Positions 43,141-54,911 of a DNA stretch of 64,000 nt are shown here, one piece after another. Under the pieces are notes generated by a model. That model worked only from the letters and a program-made list of their open reading frames with translations. It had not been told where the DNA came from and ran no database searches. Where the stretch lies: assembly GCA_964016885.1 (NCBI GenBank), contig OZ024748.1, forward strand, positions 55,242,001-55,306,000, in the 5' to 3' direction. Each line of letters begins with the position of its first letter. The first letter of the stretch is position 1. The stretch comes from Eledone cirrhosa. Taxonomy: Eukaryota. A program made the translations under genes and the position numbers.

Positions 43141-45768
43141 CAAGAGAGATAGTTAAGAGACAAGCACAACATAAAAAGGGGAAAGGGAGAGGCTAGTAGT
43201 TAACAATATAATCATAATGATGATATGACTGCAGCAATTACTATGGGGAAATGTCCTTTAAGTGGACATTAGTTATATTATTATGAAATTGATGTAGTTG
43301 CTTTCCAGTTCATATTACAAAAGGCTATGATAAATTACAGATATTCAGTTTGCATTTCACAATCAGCGTCACGTTGAACGTTTTTAGTAATTTTGTTACA
43401 CATCTGATGGTTAATTTTTACCTTTGCTTTTATAAACTGTGACATTTGTCTGACAATGATACTATTTTCGCAATATTTCACAGCATGCTATCACAAAAGG
43501 TTGTCTATCACTGATTTGCCATTTAAGTAGCAAGTTTAACATTAAAGCGGCAACGTATGGTACTGTTGTGCAACCGAAGGAATACTTTAATTGATTTTTA
43601 TTATATTGCGATTTTACTATAGAGGAATTGATATTAAATATCGCTCAACGTTTCATCATTATTAACACATTTATATACACCCTACCCACATACCACACAC
43701 ATCACAGACACACCGAAAACCATACACACTGTTCACAAACACAGACACATTCATATACACACATGCACATACATGAACATACACTGCCACTTAAACACAC
43801 AAACTAATTCCCGTACGGAGATCATACACTAACACACTGAGAGAAGTCAATACTAACACGTCCACAGTCATATATATACATACATACAGCTCTACACTTA
43901 CACATATACAGTACACATTCACACACACAAAAGCTTCCATAAACATTCACACACACTCACACGTATAGAAGCAGATACACTGCTTCTCCCACTTTTTCTG
44001 TCTCCCTCTTTCTCACACACATCGAAATAGACATAGACACATATATATACACATAGGTACACTCACTTTGTTTCTCTCTCTTCAGGTCTCTCTCTTTTTC
44101 ACAGACACCCAGATACATACACACACACATATACACACTCACACACATACACACTCACACTCACACACATACACACACGCATAAAGATCAATAAAGACGC
44201 GGTATTAGCTCCGTTTCCAATTACGCATCAGTCAACAGGCTCGACAGTTCCTGTGTTTGGCGACTCTTTTATTAGTTTAGAATCATCATTCCTTTTGCAA
44301 CACACATTGTTATTCTGCTTCACTTCAGACTTGAAAGAAGTACATTTACCACCGATTTATATCAGGATCAAATCACATTTAATGCGTTAACTCGATATTA
44401 ACTAAATAGATGTTAAATATTCTCTTGATAATTTTAGCTAGGGCCACTTAACTGACAACATGGAGGTCAAAAACCACCCGCTGAAAACCTGACTGACTAA
44501 CAAAGGTAAAAGATCAATACAACTGAAATGAACAGTGATAGGTAACATATATAATCAGCATTTTGGTGGTTTTGTTCGTTTGTTGTTTGTTTGTTCTTGT
44601 TTTCGTTTTTATTCTTATTTTGTAACGTATTAATGGGATTGCCAAATTTAATTAAAATAGCGTTGCTTAAGGCTTATTTATATAATCTACAGCTGTTAAT
44701 ATGTTTCCTTTTCTTCTATTCATCATTAGTGTAAAAAAAGATAAGATGTATTGAGAAAGTGAGAGAGAGATAAAAAGAAGTAGAAGTATAAGAGGTACGG
44801 AAAAGTAGAGACAATTTGAACTTAGATACCTAGGGTCTTTGAAGTGTGAAAATGCCGAAAAGTAATAAATACAATGTGTAGCGCTGCACATTACCTATTT
44901 CATGCATTAGATAAAGTCAATTCACATTACCTGAAATGATAAATATGCTTTTCTTATCCTGATCCGAGATAGTCTGTCTCTATGTAGCTTCAATATATTT
45001 TGCATTCTAAATACATTTTGCGTGAAGTTAGCGGCTGAATGGTTGCAAACATGGCTGTGTGGTTATGTAGGCAATTTCACAACTTCGTTGATTGGAGTTC
45101 GATCTTACTGCAGAGCTATTGTAGAAAATATCTGTTAGTGACTTCTACCATATACATGTGCCGATTAAATCATAGCGTGTAACATATGACATACAGAAAT
45201 GGTATTGAAATCAGCCAGAGGGACCGTTTGTGTTCGTGGTTGGTAGTCCTAATCCATCTCTTGATTAAACAGCACCACATGGCCCCCTGTTCTGTTGCCT
45301 TCACCGAAGTTGATATTTTCGCAATATTCTGTGGTACGTATTCAGATTACTTCTCTGCTTGATACCTAATCTGAAACTCCCAAAAGAGTAATAGATGGGG
45401 CTCTCTCGTTTCTGACTAATGCATAATAAGTATGGAAGATAATCTTCAGAAGAACTTATTCTTTAATCCTGCAATCATGTTCATCTATATATTACTAAAA
45501 TTCTGTGCTTGCTTACTTGTCTGTAATGTAATGCAGCCAAAAGGGTGCATAATGGGAAAATACTTCGAAAGGAAGTTGACCCCGAAATGGGAATACAAAT
45601 GGAATAAAAGAATGTTGGCATACATCGGACCGCGGTTCCCGAGATATGGGGTTTTTCCGGGTACCTTCATAAACAGAGAGCGAAGAAGATAGAGAAAGAG
45701 ATAGTGGTTGTGAGAGAGTAGATTGAAAGAGAGACATAGGGAAAGAATATGTACACACACATTTACAC

Positions 45769-45826
<58 letters not shown>

Positions 45827-45980
45827 GGGCCTTCCAATTTCATTTTACATTATATACATTTCTGTGTATATTTTGATTATTTGAAAATTATTTTTAAGTG
45901 AACATGATTATAAAAAATATTTTTAAGCGAACGTTAACCAACGGCTCTCGGGTGGTCTAGTTTGAAAAGAACCCCCAATA

Positions 45981-46808
45981 TCTATATATTAATTTGAACA
46001 ACGTCAGTATTCCGTGTGTCATCATTCTCGATTATCATTGGTTCATAGGTTTCAAACGACTCCGCCCATCTTAACGACGCCAAACTGATATTAATATGCA
46101 TAATGCCAATGATGAGTGAGAGGGGAGAGTGTGAACACTATATGTGTCAGTGTAGAGACATGTGTGTGTGTGATGTTTGTGGAAATAAGAGGTGAAGCAA
46201 AGCAATAACTATTAACATGAGTGCGTGTGTATGTACGTGCGCGTATGTTTATGTGTGTGTGTGCGTGCGTGCAGCGTTCCACAGAAAGTAAAAACTATCA
46301 ACATGTGTGAGTGTGTGCGTGTGTAAGTTTGCGTGCGTGTGCGTGATTCCATGCGCGTATGTGTGTGGCGTTCCATGCGTGTCTGTGTGCCTGTCTGTCA
46401 GTCTAACATACACAGAGTTGTGAAGGGAGTGAATAGGGACCTTTTTTTACATTGACGGACATCTTTTATATTAATTATCTATATCTATATCTACATATAA
46501 TATAAAAGATTGGAACTTCCATCATCCTTGTGAGAAAAGTGGAACAACCACGTCTATGCAATGATACACGTTTTACAGTCAGGCAGAAGATGAACCATCT
46601 CCTAGAGGTCACTATTCTAGGTGGGAGCCCCTAGCATTGTTCATATACTATGCACAAACGGTACAACGAAGAATCTGGTATATCTGGAAGATTATTTTTT
46701 TACTCTCCTCATACTGTAACCAGACAAACATCCAATACAGTCATTTTTTCTTTTACCTGTCTTCTCTTATCCTCTGTTTACCCGGGCGAAGCTGGGTACG
46801 TCAGCTAG
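45981..46808 (+). mobile_element. Non-autonomous Helitron, tandem unit 1
   Basis: a|TCtatatattaat... to ...cccgggcgaagctgggtacgtcagCTAG; homologous to 37815-39224. Confidence 0.8.
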
Positions 46809-47665
46809 TCTATATATTAATTTCAACAATGTCATTATTCCGTGTGTCATAATTCTCGATTATCATTGGTACATAGGTTTCAAATGATTCCGCCCAACTC
46901 AACGACGCCAAACTTAAATTAATATGCATAATGCCAATGAGGGAGTGAGAGGGGAGAGTAAGAAACAGAGAGGCAAAGTGAACGCTGTAACTATTACCAT
47001 GTGTGTGTGTGTGTGTATGTACGTGCGCGTATGTTTATGTATGTGTGCGTGCGTGAAACGTTCCACAGAAAGTAAAAGCTATTCGACTTTATCAAACATT
47101 GAACTACAACGGCGACAGCGTGCAGCCAGGAACGAAGAGAAACGGGCCAAACAACACCATCGGAACGCCGAACTTCAGAGGCGAAGACGTGCCGCCATGA
47201 ATGAAGAGGAGCTGGCTGAACAACGCCAACGAAACACTGGACCCAAGCAGCGACCGCGTGCTGCGATGGTTGAAGGCGAAATGGCTGAGCATCATCTTTT
47301 ATATTAATCTATATCTATATCTACATATATTATAAAAAATTGGAACTTCCATCATCCTTTTGAGAAACGTGGAACAGCCTCTTCTATGCAATGATACTGG
47401 TTTTACAGTTAGGCAGAAGATAAACCATCACCTAGAGGTCTCTATTCTAGGTGGGCGCACCTAGAATTGTTTATATACTATGCACAAACGGTTCAACGAA
47501 GAATCTGGTATATCTGGAAGATTTGTTTTACTGTTTTTTGTATCACACAAACACCACGGACTCGCCTCATACTGTAACCAGACAAACATCCAATCCATCA
47601 TTTTCTCTTTTACCTGTCTTCTCTTATCATCTGTTTACCCGGACGAAGCTGGGTATGTCAGCTAG
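46809..47665 (+). mobile_element. Non-autonomous Helitron, tandem unit 2
   Basis: Starts with TC immediately after the CTAG of unit 1 and ends CTAG|t; retains the QRRRRAAMNEEELAEQRQR segment. Confidence 0.8.
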
Positions 47666-48664
47666 TATGAATTAATTTCAAAGGCAGAGGAATTATTATT
47701 GAGCTCTCTACATCCTACCTACTAGTGTTGCAGCAGAAGAATTTAATGATATATCTGGAAAACCAGTCGAAATATTGACAATTCCTAAAATAACACTCTT
47801 TGTTTTCTGTGCCCGTCAAAACTGCCTATCCTTGTAGGGGCTTGGTAAAACTGATTTTACATAGCTTCAGTCGTGTTTAACAACTAACTGTATTTGAAGA
47901 TGGAGACGTTGTATAATTGATGGAAGTTTTGTTTGTTGGCAGAAATATGTTCAAATGGTGCAGAGAAAAAAATATCTAAAGAAAGGGATATACGTGGTTA
48001 GAAATAGCAACTAAATTTCACCTTCACAAATTATGCCCTATTGTCGTAAGGAAAGTCACAACAGATAATGTAATCCGAAATAGGTTGTTTCAAGGAAAGT
48101 CGAGACGGGTGGGTTTCCTTGATCAAATCTTACTTGAACATCAGTACTCACAATACGAGACAACTGACTGCCATCTGTTTGGTTGCTGGACTTGCTAAAA
48201 ATATCAACTAAATCTCTGCATGTTGCATTAAAGGAGGAATTACAATGTATGATGTATTTGTTGATATATCATGTTTTGATTAAAAGTACTGGATGGATTG
48301 AGCTTAATTGTATTTAATTTCATGTCCTGTGATTAGTGGTGGAATCTGAACTCAATAAATACTAAAAAATGGTTTGTGTATTTATCAAGCGGGGAACTAT
48401 TAATAACTCAACACATTCACTACACAAAGTGATTAAGCTCTACGTTGTTATAGTAACCTGTATGTGGTTATAGTAACACTGCGAATTATGCAGGGTGTAT
48501 TTAATGGACTATATTTCCAAAAGCTATGTTTCTGAAACAAACATCTACATAACCATGCGGTTACTTGTACAATACTTGTCTGAATATAAAGTTTTCTTTT
48601 TTTACATCTTTATACATTTTCCTAAATTTATTTACATATGGAGCATCAATAATATATATATGTA

Positions 48665-48758
<94 letters not shown>

Positions 48759-50346
48759 AAGGTAAACAGAAATAACAATACAATCGGTACAGTATATGGA
48801 AGAGATATATTAGGTTAACGCTTGATATAAGAGGAAGAGTGTCTTAACGTTTCGAACGCTAGTCCTTCAACATAGTCCTATTTGGAGTTGCAACATGCCT
48901 GATTGATAAATGGAATGCTTATGGGTTGAATGCATTTGCAAATATGTCGGTTACATTAGGATCGACCTCGAGCTACACGACACTAATAACAAATAAATAA
49001 TGGAGTATCTATGTGGGAACTAAACCTTCTAGAAATAAACACATTTTCCCTTAAATTATACCTTAAATTGTTAAATAAAAACATAAGATAATGGGATTTA
49101 CTGATGAGATGGCCATAACTGGTATTGATTTAAACATAGCTCTATTCGATCACTAATGAGCCCGGCCTTAATAAAAATAACAACCTTAACAGCAGCCATT
49201 GATCACGTGTGTAGTCTACATTCAGTAGATTAGAAATCAGAAGTGATTGATAACGAATTTAGACAGACATGTTTGATGTTAGTTGTACACACATAAGAAT
49301 TGTCACACGTGCAGTGGAAGTTTATCAGTTAAGTGAAGATTCATTTAAATAAGTCTTAATATATATGGATTCTTGGAAACATCTAACAAATAATTTACAT
49401 TGAGTAACGAGAATTAAACATTAGCAAATATATAATTCTTCATTCGCTTTCCTTTAAACATTAACAACAAATTCAAAAAACATCAGAAACTACACAAACA
49501 TGGACGAAAACAACTTAAATAACAACGACGAGGTTAACAACAAGAACAACACCAACATATGTGCCTGGACTAAGAAAAGGCAATAACAAAAACAATGGTA
49601 GTTACATTGGTAATTAGATATGTGTTTTTGAGGAAAAGAACAATTACGAAATTGGAGAAAAATCAAGGGAAATATATGCAGCATTAAACAAAGAGAAAAT
49701 GCAGCAACACTTTCAAGATAATAAATAATTGAATTAACTGTAGATGAAGTTTATAGAAATCGTTGTTTAATTATGTTATTGTCAATAATGTTTCTTTCTA
49801 TATTTTATATCTTACTAACATACGTAAGAACCAATGAATTAGTTAATTTCCAAAAAGTAAGAACTTAAAACTCTTGTCAGCAGAAATTAGGGAGTTAAGA
49901 TGAATGACTGTCTCATTAGTTTTAGGGAGTTGACAAGAACGTTCTTCGAATTGTTAGAGCAAATAAAAGTAAGAAAAATTAATTCTTTTTAATGTTTGCC
50001 ACAAGGGCAAATAGATCATTATATCTATTTACTAACTGGTTGTTGTAAATATATATAATCATCGTCTTCATCGCCATTGTCTTCGCCTTCTTCGCCTTCT
50101 TGTTCTTGTACTTTGCCTTCTTCTTCTTCCAAATCGAGGCTACTCGGCCGACCAGAATGAACTATAAGTCCAACAGACAACAACTCCACGGACGTGTTGT
50201 CTCTTCTTTGTTCTTTTATATTTAATACTACACCAATGCTCTCCCCTTATGTTTAACTCTTCTTGCAACCCCTGCAATTACTCATAAGCTATTGAAAGTA
50301 AAGTAGTAAAAAAAAAAGTAGAAACAATTACTATTATCATTATTGA

Positions 50347-50600
50347 GGGTGGGGGATTGGCAGCTTAGAGTTACGGACCTTTACGTTCTGAGTTCAAATC
50401 CCGTCGAGGTTAGCTTTGCTTTTCATCCTTACGGGGTCGATCAAATAAAGTACCAGTCACGCACTGGTGGTCGATTTACTCGACCTCCCCCTCCCCCCGA
50501 ATTGCTGGCCTTGTGCCTATAGTAGAAACAATTATTATTAGGCCGGTGGATTGGCAGTATCGGTAGAGCGTCGGACTGAAATGGTTCGCCGCAACATAGA
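50347..50600 (+). mobile_element. SINE family 1 plus a second head
   Basis: Core and tail, followed by ggattggcagtatcggtagagcgtcggac. Confidence 0.72.
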
Positions 50601-50806
50601 GTTAAGGCTCTTGAGACGGTGTCTAAGTTAAAAATCGTTACTATTATTACAATTAATATAATTAATTATTACAATTAATATAATAATTATTACAATTAAT
50701 ATAATAATTCAACAACTTTGATCATGTGAACCGATTCATCAAGACAAAATCGAAATTTAAGTCCGTATATATATGTATGTATATATGCATGCGTGTGTGT
50801 GTTTGC

Positions 50807-50911
<105 letters not shown>

Positions 50912-50916
50912 ATAAT

Positions 50917-51095
50917 AGGACGATTTGTTATGTCTTCATTACGTTTATTGATTGGTGACGCGTGTTTCGCTATTGATCAGCTCAAGGTTCGATCTATATC
51001 GATCTGGCCCGACTCTGGAATCAAAAGCTCGTTGGACATCAGATGTTATAGTGACAGAATGAACCTACAGTAACTGCACATCACACTCCTTGTAT
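50917..51095. mobile_element. Family C copy
   Basis: Reverse-complement similarity to 4860-4984. Confidence 0.5.
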
Positions 51096-51119
51096 ATAAC
51101 ACACGCACATACACACATA

Positions 51120-51732
51120 CATGGTGGCTGCCAACTCATTTTCGAGTACGGCCACTACTTTATATCCATGTAGGAGAACTCCTACCGATGCTCTGAACGA
51201 GTGTGATTTTTAGTCCAGCCAGTGACTTGAAAACTCTGGTACAAACACTACACTAGTGACAATTATTGACACATAGTGCTGGGCCCATGGTACCATGTGA
51301 CGACAAGTGCAGAGAGATCTCCAGATATAAAGCAATGCCTGTGCCGTGAAGCTTTTATAGTGAGCAAAGGCACGGCACAAAGCCAGTCCCACTCTCTTAA
51401 CCAAGATGATATTTACCTAAAAGAAGAACAAGTCAACATCATTGGATACCATCAGGGTTGCAGGTGTAATATCAGAGTTTTCCTTCTAGAATTCTGCCTT
51501 GACAAAGGCTAAGGGGTCATCTCTCCCGGTGATTTTGGATAGCCATTGACTCTTAGGAGCTCCTTTTCCCTTTGACAGGTTTTGCTTTTAGTCCTGCAGG
51601 ATGTCCAAAGTCACCCTCCTCACCAAGAAACCTTGGTGGGGTTGCCAGTTTAGTCGCCCACGACCCGACCATGGGACAGGTTGTACTGGGATACATGTTA
51701 CCAGTAGCAGTAACTGGTGTCCTGACCATAAC
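51120..51732 (-). mobile_element. Second copy of the deleted RTE-type element
   Basis: Colinear reverse complement of 26958-27562. Confidence 0.7.
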
Positions 51733-51765
51733 ACACATACATACATACATACATACATACATACA

Positions 51766-51796
<31 letters not shown>

Positions 51797-52121
51797 GAGT
51801 GTGTGTGTGATTGTTTATATACGTATATATGTATTGACATATATTTGTGTGTGCATATGTATCTGTGAGTATGTGTGAATATGTGACATAATTTTTATAC
51901 GTGTGTATATATATGTATATATATATATATGTATGTGTGTATACTTTAATTCATTTAATTCCTTTAAATCTTCATCAACACTCCTTCACTCCCACACTTA
52001 TATATGTAAGCGCAAAATGAATTGCGTACAATATGTTTTGTTTTAAGATTGGTAATCCAGCTGCCTCTAAACTGTGTGCCAGCACAGCCAAACGTCACAC
52101 CATCGTTATTAGAGTCATCCG

Positions 52122-52309
52122 AGAGATTGGCAGTATCAGTAGAGAGTCGGACGTCATGCTTTCCAGCATAGTTACATCCCTTTATGATCTGAGTTCAAAT
52201 CCCGCCGAGGTTAACTTTGCCTTTTATCCTTACGGGATCGATAAAATAAAGTACCAGTAATGTAATTGGTAATTTGGTGGCCTTGTGCCAAAAGTAGAAA
52301 CAATTATTA
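52122..52309 (+). mobile_element. SINE family 1
   Basis: Full-length similarity to 18686. Confidence 0.8.
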
Positions 52310-52624
52310 TGGTCATCCTCACGATGATAATGATGGTGGTGATAATGTGGAAGATTATGATAATCGTTCCCACCAGCAACGCCTTCGTTGTTATAAAATT
52401 ACATTTTTTTCATATATTTTCGTTGTTCAAATGAACAATTTATTAACTCGGCATTTTTATGTATATATATGTATATATATAAATATATATACACTATTTT
52501 CCTTCCTCATAACTAAGACAAGAGCTTACAGACTTACGCATATACATTACATACGGAAATATAAACAAAAACGCGGATATATACACTCATATATATATAT
52601 ATGTGAAGGCGTGTGGCTGAGTGG

Positions 52625-52671
<47 letters not shown>

Positions 52672-52697
52672 TATATGTATATATATGTATATATGTA

Positions 52698-52738
<41 letters not shown>

Positions 52739-52875
52739 AAATATATATGTATATATGTATAAATATATATGTATATATGTATAAATATATATATATATGT
52801 ATATATATGTATAAATATATATATATATATGTATATATGTATAAATATATATATATATATATATGCATATATGTA

Positions 52876-52906
<31 letters not shown>

Positions 52907-53144
52907 AAATATAAATATATATATATATATATGTATATATGTATATATGTATAAATATATATATATATATATGTATATATGTATATATGTATAAATATAT
53001 ATATATATGTATATATATGTATAAATATATATATATATATATGTATTATATATATTTCATATATTTCATATATATATATGTATATATGTATATATGTATA
53101 AATATATATATATATGTATATATGTATAAATATATATATATATG

Positions 53145-53363
53145 TATGAAATATATGAATCAAAGAACTGTTCAAAACATTATTGTGCTTACAGCTGTTT
53201 CCTCCAAACCGAGGTTTGGATTCTTCGGAGCAATTTATTAATGCATGGACAGTTATATGACCTCCTTTTCAGCCGAGAGACATACCAATACATATTCAAA
53301 CATTGATACATATTCAAACATTGTGGGTCAACATTCATTACAGAATTTAGAGTGGCAGTACAC
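53145..53363 (-). repeat. Inverted copy of a pLTR segment
   Basis: Reverse complement of 54485-54703; includes the hammerhead. Confidence 0.92.
53186..53233 (-). ncRNA. Hammerhead ribozyme copy in the inverted segment
   Basis: Reverse complement of 54615-54662. Confidence 0.72.
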
Positions 53364-54869
53364 CGCTCTAAGGGTAATTTGAGCATCAATTGATCGGTTG
53401 GATGGTGTTGGGCAGAGGAAACACCTTCCTTAGACAGATGTAAAATGATTTAATCGAGTAGCGCTGTTGACCAGTAGGACCAGGCCGCTGAGCGCAGTGA
53501 GTGAATGCAATGCAACTGCCGTGCGGGTTGTACGTATATGGATGATCTGACGGTCAGAGTGGGGTCGCGAGGACTGCGACTTGACCTTTGGCCTGCTTGG
53601 GGATGATTATCTTTCGACATCCAATGTAGCAAGCGATGACCCGGATCTTACCAGAGATCATTGGGTCCTGAAGCAATCCTGCAATCACCGCGCCTGGTCA
53701 TATGAGCAGACTACAACCATAGAGATCATTAATTTAGAATCCTCGCTCATCATCTATAATTTCCATTTGTAGCACCTTAAGATGGGTTAATCCACCCTAA
53801 TAATAATATGATCACCTTCAGCATAATTTAGTTAAACTACTCTATAGTTAGTACACTTTATGCTTTAAAAGTCTCTCTTGGAAGGTGCACCTCACCATAG
53901 AATTTAGGGTCTATATTGAGACACATTTTAATGGCTAGATATAGAAACCCCAGAGTTACCTCCCCGCATGCATTAACTCCCCTTAGCCACACACACACTT
54001 CCGGTATTCAATGGCGTCTCTCGAAACGTAACAACCACCTGTATCGAACTAAAGAGCACCAGACTACGATCTCTAACTGGATTGTCGTGGATTATGTGAA
54101 AGGCATATAATCGAAATATACACTCCCTTGACCATGAAAATACCGAAGTACATGAATTACTTGACATCCCTGCGCTGTGCATCTCCAATACTTATAACAC
54201 TTTTAATGCTTGCACTATCTTTAATGCTTATAATATTTCTCCACACACAGACTATATCAATCATATAAAGACTTTGCCACCAGATCTACCAACCTAACAC
54301 TCTTATTTACCTACCTAAGTGCCTCTACCACACATATCTCTCTGCCACACTATATAAACAAGACGCACATGCGTGCCACACATATAACATTTGCACTATA
54401 TAACCACTTATCTTCATGTTGTACTTTAACCTATATCTTTGATTTTTTTGATTGTACCTATTAATATAAATGTAATCTCGAAGTGTGTACTGCCACTCTA
54501 AATTCTGTAATGAATGTTGACCCACAATGTTTGAATATGTATCAATGTTTGAATATGTATTGGTATGTCTCTCGGCTGAAAAGGAGGTCATATAACTGTC
54601 CATGCATTAATAAATTGCTCCGAAGAATCCAAACCTCGGTTTGGAGGAAACAGCTGTAAGCACAATAATGTTTTGAACAGTTCTTTGATTCATATATTTC
54701 ATATAACTGCTCTGTAAATCATCTGATGTTTTTACATTGAGCTACTTAACTTACTGGTAATAAGGTAGTAATACATTACTGCCTACCACTATTTAGGGTG
54801 TGTGTAAAATACTTACAACTGCTTAAGGTTTTGTGTTTACATAACCATAAATAGTATAACTAATACTAT
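53363..54869 (+). repeat. Upstream pseudo-LTR (about 1507 bp)
   Basis: Matches 57564-59070; only one substitution noticed (T53560 vs A57761). Confidence 0.93.
54615..54662 (+). ncRNA. Minimal type I hammerhead ribozyme (variant core) in the pLTR
   Basis: tgct-CCGAAGA-a-tccaaac(ctcg)gtttgga-g-GAAAC-agct-GTA-agca: helix I tgct/agca, helix II hairpin, palindromic helix III ACAGCTGT, GUA cleavage triplet, U4C core change. Confidence 0.75.
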
Positions 54870-54911
54870 TAACTGCTCCATATCGTTGAGCTGACATATA
54901 ATATTGCCAAT

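Noticed and set aside
53450-54603. Small ORFs duplicated in the pLTRs
   Set aside because: They are duplicated only because of the repeat and show no recognisable motifs.
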